Shown: positions 20,844 through 31,171 of the stretch, in pieces
How positions within the stretch are numbered: the stretch's first letter is position 1
Layout of the letters: every line of letters starts with the position of its first letter
From: Fidelibacterota bacterium
Lineage (GTDB): Bacteria; Fidelibacterota; Marinisomatia; Marinisomatales; Marinisomataceae
Length of the DNA stretch: 64,000 nt
Direction of reading: 5' to 3'
Assembly (NCBI GenBank): GCA_045560295.1
Contig: JBJKZL010000004.1
Location: 68,566-132,565, forward strand
Program-made: the position numbers and the translations under genes
Notes under the pieces: model-generated
Database searches by the model: none
What the model was told of the DNA's origin: nothing
What the model saw: only the letters and a program-made list of their open reading frames with translations

Positions 20844-23289
20844 CTGCAGTTTTTTCTTCTTCTGATATTATTCTTGTAATAGCAGACACCTTGGTTCCCT
20901 CTGCAAGCTTAATAAGTTTTACTCCCTGTGTTGCTCTTCCAATAGATCTTATTTGTGAAACTGGCATTCTTATTAAAACGCCATCGTCTCTTATAATCAT
21001 TAAGTCGTCTGTTCCTACCACCTCTTTAATTGTAATCATTTTACCTATCTTGTCTGTGGTTTTCATTGTTAAAACACCCTTACCACCTCTTTTTTGTGCG
21101 CGGTACTGAATAATTTCCGTTCTTTTTCCGAAGCCATTTTCTGTTGCAACAAGCACCGTACCCTCTCTTTTAATTAACAACATTCCAACAACTTTATCGT
21201 CTTTGGAGCTTAAGGTAATGCCCTTTACCCCCATCGTTTTTCTTCCGCTTGGCCTTATTTGTTCTTCTGAAAATCTGATAGACTTTCCGTTTGTTGTCCC
21301 TAAAAGAATGTCGTTTTCTCCATTAGATACCCTTGCCTCAATCAGACTGTCACCCTCTCTAATTTCTACAGCATATATTCCTTTTTTTCTGGGGTTTGAA
21401 TAGGCAGAAAGCTTTGTCTTTTTAACAATTCCTTTTTCTGTTGCCATTACCACAAAATGATCGTCGTGGAACTGGTCTTGTTTTACCCCTATAAAGGCAC
21501 TTACTTTTTCATCGGGCTCACACCCAATAAGATTTACAATAGCTCTTCCCTTTGCAGCTCTTCCGCCCTCTGGAATATCATAAACCTTTACCCAATAGCA
21601 CTTACCTTTGTCTGTAAAAAACAATATATAGCTATGTGTGTTTTCTACAAACAGGTGTTCGGTAAAATCTTCTTCTCTTGCTGTTTGGCCCTGAACTCCA
21701 CGCCCTCCCCTTCTTTGACTTTTGTAGGTGCTAACGCTTGTTCTTTTGATATATTGATTGTGAGTAATAGTTAAAACCATGTCCTCTTCTTTGATCATGT
21801 CTTCTATGTTTAGGTCTGTTGCTTTATCAATTATTTCAGTTCTTCTTTCTTCTCCGTATTTTTCTTTTATTTCGAGAAGTTCTTCTTTAATAATTTCCAT
21901 TCTTTTGGTTTTGCTATCTAAAATACTTTTTAGCTCAGCCATGTATTGAATAATTTCTTTGTATTCTGCTAGTATTTTTTCTGTTTCTAGCCCTGTTAGC
22001 TTTTGTAGCTTCATGTCCAGTATAGCTTGTGCTTGTTTTTCTGACAAACCATAACCACCAACTAATCCTGTTCTTGCCGCCTCTGGGTCCTTACTCTTTT
22101 TAATTGTTTCTAGAACGCTATCTATATTATCAAGAGCAATTTTTAGTCCTTCTAAAATATGCGCCCTTGCTTCTGCTTTTCTTAAATCAAATTCTGTTCT
22201 TTTTACAACAATGTCTTGCCTAAAAACAAGGAAAACCTCTAAAAGCTCCTTTAGAGACATTACCTTTGGGGTTCCGTCTACAAGAGCTAATAAAATTATT
22301 CCAAACGTGTCTTGTAGTTGTGTTTGCTTATAAAGCTGGTTTAAAACTACTTCCGGGACGGCATCTCTTTTGGTTTCTATAACAATTCTCATACCGTCTT
22401 TATCTGATTCATCTCTAAGCTCGGCTATACCCTCTATTTTTTTATCTCTGGCTAAGTGTGCTATTTTTTCAATTAAATTGGCTTTGTTTACTTGGTATGG
22501 AATTTCTGTTATAATTAAAGAATCTCTTCCTTTGCTGTTTGGTTCAACATGTGCAGTTCCCTGCATCTTTACTTTTCCTCTTCCAGTTGCGTAGGCGCTT
22601 TTTATTCCATCTAACCCTAGTGCCTTTCCTGCTGTCGGAAAGTCTGGCCCCTTTATGTGTTTCATTAAATCTTCTACTTGGCAGTCTGGGTGTTCTATAA
22701 CCTCTATTAAACCTCCAATAACCTCTGAAAGGTTGTGTGGTGGAATTTTTGTTGCCATACCTACCGCAATACCTTCAGATCCGTTTACTAAAAGATTTGG
22801 AAAAACTGCTGGTAATACAGCTGGCTCTTTAAGCGTTTCGTCAAAATTGTTTGTCCATGCTACGGTTTCTTTGTCAAGGTCTCTTAGAAGCTCTCCTCCT
22901 ATCTTTGACATTCTTGATTCGGTGTACCTCATTGCCGCAGCCCTGTCACCGTCTACTGATCCAAAATTACCCTGTCCTTGTACCAGCTGATGTCTCATAG
23001 AAAACTCTTGTGCCATTCTAACCATAGCATCATAAATGGAACTGTCTCCGTGTGGATGATACTTACCCAAAACGTCACCAACAACTCTTGCAGATTTTTT
23101 ATATGGCCTATTCCAATAGCATCCTAAGTCGTTCATTCCAAATAAAATTCTTCTGTGTACTGGCTTTAGGCCATCTCTTGCATCGGGGAGTGCTCTCGAC
23201 ATAATTACCGACATCGAATAATTTAGGTAGCTTTCTTCTAGCTCTGTTAAAAGTTGTTTATCTAATATGTTGTCTCTTCCTAGGTCCAT
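20806..23289 (-). CDS. gyrA: DNA gyrase subunit A
   Basis: ORF 827 aa. [28 protein letters not shown] (catalytic Tyr), and a C-terminal beta-pinwheel repeat region. Confidence 0.97.
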   Translation of the reverse strand: MDLGRDNILDKQLLTELEESYLNYSMSVIMSRALPDARDGLKPVHRRILFGMNDLGCYWNRPYKKSARVVGDVLGKYHPHGDSSIYDAMVRMAQEFSMRHQLVQGQGNFGSVDGDRAAAMRYTESRMSKIGGELLRDLDKETVAWTNNFDETLKEPAVLPAVFPNLLVNGSEGIAVGMATKIPPHNLSEVIGGLIEVIEHPDCQVEDLMKHIKGPDFPTAGKALGLDGIKSAYATGRGKVKMQGTAHVEPNSKGRDSLIITEIPYQVNKANLIEKIAHLARDKKIEGIAELRDESDKDGMRIVIETKRDAVPEVVLNQLYKQTQLQDTFGIILLALVDGTPKVMSLKELLEVFLVFRQDIVVKRTEFDLRKAEARAHILEGLKIALDNIDSVLETIKKSKDPEAARTGLVGGYGLSEKQAQAILDMKLQKLTGLETEKILAEYKEIIQYMAELKSILDSKTKRMEIIKEELLEIKEKYGEERRTEIIDKATDLNIEDMIKEEDMVLTITHNQYIKRTSVSTYKSQRRGGRGVQGQTAREEDFTEHLFVENTHSYILFFTDKGKCYWVKVYDIPEGGRAAKGRAIVNLIGCEPDEKVSAFIGVKQDQFHDDHFVVMATEKGIVKKTKLSAYSNPRKKGIYAVEIREGDSLIEARVSNGENDILLGTTNGKSIRFSEEQIRPSGRKTMGVKGITLSSKDDKVVGMLLIKREGTVLVATENGFGKRTEIIQYRAQKRGGKGVLTMKTTDKIGKMITIKEVVGTDDLMIIRDDGVLIRMPVSQIRSIGRATQGVKLIKLAEGTKVSAITRIISEEEKTADEPENNPEPQDA

Positions 23290-23290
23290 T

Positions 23291-25237
23291 TTATATATCT
23301 ATGTTTGTAGCAAACTTAGCCTTTTCTGTTATAAATTTTCTTCTGTGTTCTACTTCTGTTCCCATTAGCTCTCTAAACCTAACATTTGTCTCTTCCTCTT
23401 GGATGTGATCAACCGTAACCTGCATTAAGCTTCTTGTTTCGGCATTCATTGTTGTGTCCCAAAGCTGTTCGGCGTTCATTTCACCAAGCCCTTTATATCT
23501 TTGAATATTAATTTTTGCACTTTCATTTTCGGACTCCAGTCTTTGGATGACAACATCCCTTTCTTCATCCGTATATGCATATCTTTCTTTTCTTCCTTGT
23601 TTAATTTTGTAAAGTGGTGGCATTGCCATATATACAAAGCCTCCCTGAACAAGGCTTTTCATTTTTCTCCAAAAAAATGTAAGCAGCAGAGTTCTAATAT
23701 GACTACCATCAACATCTGCGTCTGTCATAATTACAACCTTATGATATCTTAGCTTTTCCGGATTAAAACTATTTGGATCTTCTTCGTCTTCTCCAAAACC
23801 ACACCCAAGCGCAGTAATTATTGATTGAATTTCGTTGTTAGCTAAAAGCTTGTCCTCTCTAGCTTTTTCAGAATTAATAACCTTACCTCTTAGTGGTAAT
23901 ATTGCCTGGGTTCTTCTATCTCTTCCTTGTTTGGCGGTACCTCCCGCAGAATCCCCCTCAACTAAGAAAATTTCACACTGCATTGGATCTTTGTTGGAAC
24001 AGTCCGCAAGTTTTCCTGGCAGTGTAGTTGATCCTAGTCCAGACTTTTTTCTGACCAATTCTCTTGCTTTTTTTGCTGCTATTCGTGCTCTTGCTGCTTC
24101 GGCAGCCTTTTCAATAATTTTTTTACCCACTTTTGGGTTTTGTTCTAAAAAGGCCTGTATTCCATCGTAGACCACATTATCTACCATGCCTTTTACTTCT
24201 CCATTACCTAATTTTGTTTTTGTTTGACCTTCAAACTGAGGTTCTTGAACCTTAACAGACAAAACAAGAGTTAAACCCTCTCTAAAGTCGTCCCCTGAAA
24301 GGCTAAATTTTTCATTTTTTTTAGTTTTAATTAAATCGTTTTTATTGGCATAGCTATTTAGTGCTCTAGTTAAGGCAGATCTAAGCCCCGAAAGGTGTGT
24401 ACCCCCTTCAACTGTATTAATATTATTAACAAAGGAAAATATATTATTATTATAATTTGTACTATATCTAAGGGCCAAATCAACAGGAACCTCAATGTCG
24501 TCTTTTGAAACAACAATAACTTCGTTGTGTATTAAATCTTCTCCCCCATCTAAATATTTTACAAAATCTGATAATCCCCCAGGAAAACAATAATCTACTG
24601 ATGTGTTTTCTACTTCATTTTTAAGGGTTATTGATAAATTTTTATTTAAATAAGCTAATTCTTTTAATCTTCCTTTAATTGTGTCTTCCTGAAACCCTCT
24701 GTGTGTAAAAATTGAGTGATCTGGTTTAAATGTTATAATTGTTCCTCTTTTTGAACTTTTGCCCATCTTTTCTACGGGGGTTGTGGCTTCTCCTATTTTA
24801 TATTCTTGTTTATAGTGAAAACCGTCTCTATGTACTTCTGCCGTTAAGTCTTCAGCAAGCGCATTCACTACAGAAACACCAACTCCATGCAAACCACCTG
24901 AAACTTTATAAGTGTTTTTGTCAAATTTCCCTCCTGCATGCAAAACAGTCATAACTACCTCGAGCGCTGGCTTACCTTCTTCTTTGTGAATTTCTACAGG
25001 AATTCCCCTTCCATTATCTTCAATAGATATTGTGCCATCTTCTTTGATGGTTACAATAATTTCTGTACAAAAACCCGCTAAAGCTTCATCAATACTGTTA
25101 TCAACAACTTCACTTACTAAATGATGATATCCTCTTTTACCAACATCACCAATATACATAGCTGGTCTTTTTCTTACGGCCTCTAATCCTTTTAATACAG
25201 ATATTTTATCTGCACCATAATTGCTTTTATTGCTCAT
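23291..25237 (-). CDS. gyrB: DNA gyrase subunit B
   Basis: ORF 648 aa. GLHHLV-like [39 protein letters not shown]. Confidence 0.97.
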   Translation of the reverse strand: MSNKSNYGADKISVLKGLEAVRKRPAMYIGDVGKRGYHHLVSEVVDNSIDEALAGFCTEIIVTIKEDGTISIEDNGRGIPVEIHKEEGKPALEVVMTVLHAGGKFDKNTYKVSGGLHGVGVSVVNALAEDLTAEVHRDGFHYKQEYKIGEATTPVEKMGKSSKRGTIITFKPDHSIFTHRGFQEDTIKGRLKELAYLNKNLSITLKNEVENTSVDYCFPGGLSDFVKYLDGGEDLIHNEVIVVSKDDIEVPVDLALRYSTNYNNNIFSFVNNINTVEGGTHLSGLRSALTRALNSYANKNDLIKTKKNEKFSLSGDDFREGLTLVLSVKVQEPQFEGQTKTKLGNGEVKGMVDNVVYDGIQAFLEQNPKVGKKIIEKAAEAARARIAAKKARELVRKKSGLGSTTLPGKLADCSNKDPMQCEIFLVEGDSAGGTAKQGRDRRTQAILPLRGKVINSEKAREDKLLANNEIQSIITALGCGFGEDEEDPNSFNPEKLRYHKVVIMTDADVDGSHIRTLLLTFFWRKMKSLVQGGFVYMAMPPLYKIKQGRKERYAYTDEERDVVIQRLESENESAKINIQRYKGLGEMNAEQLWDTTMNAETRSLMQVTVDHIQEEETNVRFRELMGTEVEHRRKFITEKAKFATNIDI

Positions 25238-26336
25238 TTATCCTCACAGGCATTAATAAAATTATTGTTTTTTGATCATTTTCTTTCGGTAAAAAAAGTG
25301 TTGCTGAATTTGCATCCTTGAAAGTAAAAAAAATATCTTCTGATGGATATTTAGCGACCGCTTCTTTTAAATATAGTGCATTAAATCCTATAGCTAGCTC
25401 TTCTCCTTTATACTCAGCAGATTTTATTGGAGCATATACTGTTTTGCTTTCAGGTTGGTTTACACTCTTAAAATAAACCTTACCTTCTGAAAAATTTAAA
25501 GATATTTGATTAGTATTTTTATTAGTAGCAATAGATGCTGCTTTTATATTATTTAACATTTCTGTTTTTTGTGCATTTAATTCTTCTGGATTACTCTCTG
25601 GAATTACAGCATTATAATTTGGAAATTTTTCGTCTATAATTTTAGAATAAAATACATCTTTACCATTATTTGAAAAGACATGATCTTCACTAAAAATTAA
25701 TGATGTTTCTTTTTGTCCCTCGAGAAAAGTATTTAATATATTTAAATATTTTTTTGGAATAATATACCCTTGACTAATATTGGTTTCATTCTGTCTAGTA
25801 ATTTTAACCAATCTATGTCCATCGGTAGCTACAAAATCTATTTTATCTTGAGAAAAATTAAAATAAGCTCCATTAAGGGCAGGTTTTGTTGGTTCTGCAT
25901 TTATTGCATATAATAAAGAACTAATAATATTTTTAAGTTTATTAGTTTCTATTGTAAATAGAGCTTCATGTTTATTTTCGGGGATTTCAGGATACTCTTG
26001 AAAAGGAACTGTTGGAATATCAAATGATATACCTTTTTCAGATTTAATATTTATATGTGGTCCCGCAATATCTATATCAACCCTACCTTCTTCTATTACA
26101 GAAATTATATCATTAACCTCTGATGTAGGAAATAATCCTTCTCCGTTTGTATTTACAGAAGCCGTTATTTGTGTTTTTATTCCAACTTCCATATCAGTTG
26201 AGTGTAAGGTAACTCCATGAGCACCAGATGATATGTAAGTATAGTTAACTAAAGGATTTTGAGATTTGACTTGTGTAGTTTTTGTTAATTTAGAAAAAGC
26301 AGATTGAAGTTCTTTTTTTGTGGTTGAAATGTTCAT
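25227..26336 (-). CDS. dnaN: DNA polymerase III beta sliding clamp
   Basis: ORF 369 aa. Three-domain length; ATDGHRL motif, C-terminal LLMPVRI. Sits directly upstream of gyrB. Confidence 0.9.
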   Translation of the reverse strand: MNISTTKKELQSAFSKLTKTTQVKSQNPLVNYTYISSGAHGVTLHSTDMEVGIKTQITASVNTNGEGLFPTSEVNDIISVIEEGRVDIDIAGPHINIKSEKGISFDIPTVPFQEYPEIPENKHEALFTIETNKLKNIISSLLYAINAEPTKPALNGAYFNFSQDKIDFVATDGHRLVKITRQNETNISQGYIIPKKYLNILNTFLEGQKETSLIFSEDHVFSNNGKDVFYSKIIDEKFPNYNAVIPESNPEELNAQKTEMLNNIKAASIATNKNTNQISLNFSEGKVYFKSVNQPESKTVYAPIKSAEYKGEELAIGFNALYLKEAVAKYPSEDIFFTFKDANSATLFLPKENDQKTIILLMPVRINEQ

Positions 26337-26643
26337 ATTTAGCTATCAATTATAAAAAGATAGTTAGTTTTTAACAAGTTTTAATTAGGTATACCTTATA
26401 TAGCCTAAATAAAAGAAAATTGATTTTTGAGCTATTTTAATGAGTTTTATCTCTAAAAAAATGATTCTTATTATTAAGTATTTATATATATAAAAATAAA
26501 CACTAATAATAATAAGGTTTATATGTTAATAAATAGCCAAAAAAAGTATTTTATTGAGATAGAAATATAATTTCTATTATTAACAAATTTAAATTTAATG
26601 TGTTAATAAAATGTTGAAAAAAAATCTGTAATTATTTTTTATA
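26337..26643. promoter_or_regulatory. 307-bp very AT-rich intergenic region upstream of dnaN (dnaN promoter; candidate origin/DUE module)
   Basis: Second-largest gap in a window that is ~98% coding. Contains TGTTAATAA at 26524-26532 and 26601-26609, its complement TTATTAACA at 26577-26585, and the inverted repeat ATAGAAAT-ATA-ATTTCTAT at 26559-26577. Confidence 0.5.
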
Positions 26644-27948
26644 TTAATTTTTAATTTGTGGATAAGTCAGTGGATTTCTTTTTATATAAAATTTATTTTT
26701 AATTTCTTCAATCCAATTTGAGTACCAATCTGACTTTTTTTGGTTTAATGCCATTTGTTCAAGATCTAACCAATTTTTATCTAAATTGGCTGGACCACCA
26801 TCAATTTTTTCATCAACCCAAATAATATGATAACCAAACTGTGTTAAAATAGGAGCACTTGGTGTATTAATAGAAACATTTTTAATAACATCTACTAATT
26901 CTTTAACCTGGTATTGATCTAAATTTATCATACCCATATATCCACCCTTTGGACTACTTGTAGTATCATCTGAAAATTCTTTTACTTTTAATATAAAATC
27001 TTCTTTTGTTTTAATTTCTTTAACGATTGAAGCTGTTTTTTTATATGTCAGATTTTTATCGTCCTCTGAAACCTCAACACTTATTAATATATGTCGTGCA
27101 TTTACCTTTTCACCTGCTCTTTGTAAAACTTCAATTAAATGATAACCAAACTGTGTTTTTACTGGCTCACTTAATACGTTTTGTTCTAAGGTAAAAACGG
27201 CCCTATCAAATTCTTGAACAAAAGTACCTCTCGGCACATAACCTAAATTACCTCCATTTTCTCCCGATTGAATATCTTGAGAATATTTTTTTGCGGCGTC
27301 TTCGAATGGCAAACCTGAAATAATTTCATCTCTTATTTTATTAATTTTTTGTAAGGCTTCTTGTGAAGACTGTTCAGAAGGTTTTATTTCAAGTAAAATA
27401 TGTCTAGTTTTATATAATGTTGGAAAAGGCATAATACTATCTTTATATGTATTATAAAAATTGATAACCTCACCTCTCGTTATAGATATTCCAGAAGTAA
27501 GACTTCCTGTATATTTCTCGGCCAAAAGCTTACCTTTCATATCATCTCTATATGATCTTTTAAAGTCTGATATTTTTCTTCCAAGGGCTAATTCAGCCTC
27601 TTCTTTTCCTCCAGCCTGAGCAATAATATTATCAATTTGTCTCTCGAGTGCCCTATCAACATCTTTATCTAAAACCTCAACAGAGTCTACTTCAGCCATT
27701 TTAATAATTACTAATTGTTCAATCATACTTTCAGAAGACTTTAATAATAAATTATTGTATTCGTCAGGGTTTGTTGTAGGATTTATTCTTTGCTCTGCTG
27801 CGAGAGCATTAGCTGCCAATACAACATCGCTTAAGAGAACTATTTTACCCTCAACAACAGCTGAAACCTTATCAAGCAATATTTCTTCTTGAGCAAAAGA
27901 AAGGGTAAACATTAATATTAATAATAGTTTTTTAATTTTTATCTCCAC
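26644..27948 (-). CDS. SurA-like periplasmic peptidyl-prolyl isomerase with two parvulin domains
   Basis: ORF 434 aa. Signal peptide; two PpiC-type domains (FGYHLIEV and FGYHIIWV). GTG start at 27948 overlaps the mnmG end by 17 nt. Confidence 0.8.
   Translation of the reverse strand: MEIKIKKLLLILMFTLSFAQEEILLDKVSAVVEGKIVLLSDVVLAANALAAEQRINPTTNPDEYNNLLLKSSESMIEQLVIIKMAEVDSVEVLDKDVDRALERQIDNIIAQAGGKEEAELALGRKISDFKRSYRDDMKGKLLAEKYTGSLTSGISITRGEVINFYNTYKDSIMPFPTLYKTRHILLEIKPSEQSSQEALQKINKIRDEIISGLPFEDAAKKYSQDIQSGENGGNLGYVPRGTFVQEFDRAVFTLEQNVLSEPVKTQFGYHLIEVLQRAGEKVNARHILISVEVSEDDKNLTYKKTASIVKEIKTKEDFILKVKEFSDDTTSSPKGGYMGMINLDQYQVKELVDVIKNVSINTPSAPILTQFGYHIIWVDEKIDGGPANLDKNWLDLEQMALNQKKSDWYSNWIEEIKNKFYIKRNPLTYPQIKN
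26657..26665 (-). promoter_or_regulatory. perfect DnaA-box 9-mer (TGTGGATAA = complement of TTATCCACA)
   Basis: Exact match to the E. coli-type consensus. It lies in the last codons of the surA-like gene, 14 nt from the AT-rich gap. Function is unproven: a single perfect box is near chance expectation for 64 kb. Confidence 0.35.
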
Positions 27949-29839
27949 TTTTATGTTTCACGTGAAACGAACGCTTTAAATATACTAATAAAATAGATAT
28001 ATCTGTTGGTCTAATCCCTGGTATTCTTTGTGCCTGACCAACCGTTTCAGGTAATACAGAAGTCAGCTTTTCTCTGCCCTCATTTGAAATACTTTTAATT
28101 ATTTTATAGTCGAAGCTTGAGGGAATTAGCATCTCTTCATATATTTTTAACTTTTCTATTTCTTCCTTTTGTCTATTTATATAACCGCTATATTTAATAA
28201 TAGTTTCAGCTTCAAATATAATTTCTTCATAGTGGTGAGGAAAATGTTTTTTAATTTCTTTCAAAAAAGACAAATTAAAGTGGTTTATTTTAACTAAAGG
28301 TCTCTTTAATAGTTTAGATATTTTGGTAGGTTCTTTTATTTTTTTCTCTCCAAGACCCGTAAGCTGAGTGTTAATTTTATTAGGAGAAATATTTTCTGTT
28401 TTTAAAAATAAAACTAATTCCTCTGTTTTTTTGTTTTTTTTGTCTAATTCTCCTAAAAGCTTTTCATCTAAAAGGTTATTTATTTTTGAAAACTTTAAAA
28501 GTCTTTGGTCTGCATTAGACGACCTTAGTTGAAGCCTGTATTCTGCTCGAGAGGTAAACATTCTATATGGTTCATTTGTATCTTTTAATACAAGATCGTC
28601 TATTAAAACTCCAATATATGCGTCATTTCTTTTTAATAACAGGGGAGGAGCGTGAAGAATTTTTTGTGCAGCATTTATACCGGCCAACAACCCTTGAGCA
28701 GAGGCCTCTTCATAACCAGAAGTACCATTAATTTGTCCGGCAAGAAACAAACCAGAAATTCCTTTAGTTTCGAGTGTAGTTTTTAATTGTGATGGAAAAA
28801 AGAAATCATATTCGATAGCATAGCCTGGCTTTAAAAATTCCACTGAATTCATCCCCTCAACAGACCTTAGGCACTTAAGTTGAATGCTTTCTGGAAGGCT
28901 GGTAGAAAAACCATTAACATATATTTGTTTTGATTTTGTCCACTCCGGTTCTAGCTGAAGTATGTGGCTTGGGTTTTGGGAAAATTTATAAACTTTATCC
29001 TCTATTGATGGGCAATATCTGGGACCTGCAGCCATTGTCTCCCCTGAATACATTGCCGATTTTGACAAATTTTCTAAAATAAGGTCGTGGGTTGCTTGGT
29101 TTGTTCTAAAGGCAAAACAGGGTTCGTCTTTTGGTAAAAAGTTTTTTGTTTTATAAGAAAGAGCCCTTGGTTTTTTATCACCATACCCAGCTAAACCACA
29201 AGACCAATCTACTGAAGATTTTTTTATACGTGGTGGTGTTCCAGTTTTTAATCTTCCAGCGCTAAAACCAAAAGAAGAGAGAGATTCGGTTATACCCTCC
29301 GATCTTTTTTCATCAAGTCTACCAGCCCTAATCTTTTCTTCACCAATATGGATAAGTCCATTTAAAAAAGTACCGCACGTTAAGACAGCAGCTGAACAAA
29401 AAAGCTCTAGTCCGTCTGAAAAAACAACAGAGGTAATAGAGCCGCCCGCTTCGTTTATTTTTATAACCTCACCCTCAACAACACTTAAACCAACATCTTT
29501 TATATATTTTTGAGCAACCTTCTCATATTTTATTTTATCTATTTGAGATCTAGGCGACCAAACAGATCTTCCCTTAGAGAGGTTTAGCGTTTTACTTTGA
29601 AGTGTTGCTTGGTCAGCAAAAAGCCCCATAACACCGCCTAAAACATCCAACTCTTTAACCATCTGTCCTTTTGCAAGACCCCCAATTGCCGGATTACAAG
29701 ACATCCTTCCTATTGCTTTTTTATCCATAGAAACCAAAACCACATCAACACCAAGCCTATGGGCTATTAGTGCAGCTTCAATTCCAGCATGCCCACCCCC
29801 AACAACAACAAGATCACATTTATTGTTATTTCGTTTCAC
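27932..29839 (-). CDS. mnmG: tRNA uridine 5-carboxymethylaminomethyl modification enzyme MnmG (GidA)
   Basis: ORF 635 aa. DLVVVGGGHAGIEAA FAD motif and family length. The GTG start is forced: an in-frame TAG lies two codons upstream and there is no ATG before the GGGHAG motif. Confidence 0.95.
   Translation of the reverse strand: MKRNNNKCDLVVVGGGHAGIEAALIAHRLGVDVVLVSMDKKAIGRMSCNPAIGGLAKGQMVKELDVLGGVMGLFADQATLQSKTLNLSKGRSVWSPRSQIDKIKYEKVAQKYIKDVGLSVVEGEVIKINEAGGSITSVVFSDGLELFCSAAVLTCGTFLNGLIHIGEEKIRAGRLDEKRSEGITESLSSFGFSAGRLKTGTPPRIKKSSVDWSCGLAGYGDKKPRALSYKTKNFLPKDEPCFAFRTNQATHDLILENLSKSAMYSGETMAAGPRYCPSIEDKVYKFSQNPSHILQLEPEWTKSKQIYVNGFSTSLPESIQLKCLRSVEGMNSVEFLKPGYAIEYDFFFPSQLKTTLETKGISGLFLAGQINGTSGYEEASAQGLLAGINAAQKILHAPPLLLKRNDAYIGVLIDDLVLKDTNEPYRMFTSRAEYRLQLRSSNADQRLLKFSKINNLLDEKLLGELDKKNKKTEELVLFLKTENISPNKINTQLTGLGEKKIKEPTKISKLLKRPLVKINHFNLSFLKEIKKHFPHHYEEIIFEAETIIKYSGYINRQKEEIEKLKIYEEMLIPSSFDYKIIKSISNEGREKLTSVLPETVGQAQRIPGIRPTDISILLVYLKRSFHVKHKSGDKN
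27955..27971 (+). repeat. copy 1 of GTTTCACGTGAAACGAA (contains the 14-bp perfect palindrome GTTTCACGTGAAAC)
   Basis: Read directly from the sequence. Lies inside the mnmG C-terminal codons (SFHVKH), 7-20 nt upstream of the GTG start of the surA-like gene. Confidence 0.9.
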
Positions 29840-29846
29840 GTGAAAC
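29830..29846 (-). repeat. copy 2 of GTTTCACGTGAAACGAA (inverted relative to copy 1)
   Basis: The plus strand reads TTCGTTTCACGTGAAAC. It spans the mnmE stop / mnmG start junction, and the mnmG GTG start codon (29839-29837) is the right-hand centre of the palindrome. Confidence 0.9.
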
Positions 29847-31144
29847 TATTTCCCCACACAAAAAGAAGAGAAAACGGCATTAAGAACGTCGTCTTTTGTT
29901 GTTTTGTTTGTTATTTCATCTAAACAAGAAAGGGCAGAGTTGAGATCTTCAACAGCTAACTCAAGACCAGAACATCCGAGTAAACAATTTTTAGACTCGA
30001 CTAGATATTTCCTTGTTGAAATAAGACTAGAAAGCTGTCTTTGAGATGTTATTATAAAACCGAGATCTGAAAAATTGGAAGAAACACGCTTTAAAATAAG
30101 GGCCTTAAGAGAAGATATATTTTCTCCCGTGAGAGCAGATATAGATATGTCATAGTTTTTTCCACTTCCGCCCAAATCCTTTTTATTGCGAACATATATT
30201 ATGTTGTTATTCTCAGAGGATAAATCTGTGTCAGATGGACCCAAATATAAAACAAGGTCAGCGGTTAAAATTTCTTGATTACTCTTTTCTACACCAATTT
30301 TTTCAATAATATCCTTTGTTTTTCTAATCCCGGCAGTATCTTTTAAAACACAAGGAACACCCTCAATGTTAATAGTATTTTCTAACACATCTCTGGTCGT
30401 ACCGGCAACTTCACTAACAATAGCACGGTCTTGTTTTAATAGTGTGTTAAAAAGGGTAGATTTTCCCGCATTTGTGGGACCCGCAAGAACAACAGTTGCT
30501 CCGGCGGTTAACACATTAACAGCATCAAAACCATCTATTGCCGAACTTAGAGCTATAACAGAACTATCAATATTTTTTATAGCATCATCTACCAGGTTTG
30601 GTTGAAGATCCTCTTCTGAAATATCTAAATTAAACTCAACCTGACCAATTACAGAAATTATAGCACCTTTAATCGACAATATGTTTTCAAGCAAAGAACC
30701 CTTTAGGTTTTTATAGCTTAATTTTGCTCCCAAAATTGACTTTGAGGAAATAAGAGAAGCAACAGATTCGGCTTGAGACATATCCATTTTTCCATTTAAA
30801 TAGGCTCTTTTTGTAAATTCCCCTCCAGGAGCAGTAGTTGCTCCATAAGAACAGCAAAGAGCAATTGTTTTTTCTATAATAACCGGGTTTCCGTGAAGGT
30901 TAATTTCCACAAGGTCTTCGCCTGTATAGGTGTTAGGACCAAAAAGAAAATTAACTACAGCTTCATCAAAAACAGACCCGTCTGCATCAACAAGAGCAAA
31001 AAGAGAAGGGAGGTTGTGTTTATTTTTTTTTGAAGGGCTCTTTAAAAGAAGAGAGGTTATTTTGTGTGATTCATTGCCAGTAAGGCGAACAACGGCTATT
31101 CCGCTAGATCCAAAAGGTGTTGAACACGCAACTACAGTGCCCAT
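29846..31144 (-). CDS. mnmE: tRNA modification GTPase MnmE (TrmE)
   Basis: ORF 432 aa. GPTNAGKSTLFN and DTAGIR G-motifs; C-terminal CVGK (C-I/V-G-K signature). Confidence 0.95.
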   Translation of the reverse strand: MGTVVACSTPFGSSGIAVVRLTGNESHKITSLLLKSPSKKNKHNLPSLFALVDADGSVFDEAVVNFLFGPNTYTGEDLVEINLHGNPVIIEKTIALCCSYGATTAPGGEFTKRAYLNGKMDMSQAESVASLISSKSILGAKLSYKNLKGSLLENILSIKGAIISVIGQVEFNLDISEEDLQPNLVDDAIKNIDSSVIALSSAIDGFDAVNVLTAGATVVLAGPTNAGKSTLFNTLLKQDRAIVSEVAGTTRDVLENTINIEGVPCVLKDTAGIRKTKDIIEKIGVEKSNQEILTADLVLYLGPSDTDLSSENNNIIYVRNKKDLGGSGKNYDISISALTGENISSLKALILKRVSSNFSDLGFIITSQRQLSSLISTRKYLVESKNCLLGCSGLELAVEDLNSALSCLDEITNKTTKDDVLNAVFSSFCVGK

Positions 31145-31154
31145 ATTTAAAAGA

Positions 31155-31170
31155 CGGGGAAAATACCCCG
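31155..31170 (-). terminator. short GC hairpin (CGGGG-N6-CCCCG) followed by TCTTTT between yidC and mnmE; weak terminator/attenuator candidate
   Basis: The minus strand reads TGA g CGGGG tatttt CCCCG tcttttaaat ATG. Only a 5-bp stem, so support is weak. Confidence 0.3.
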
Positions 31171-31171
31171 C

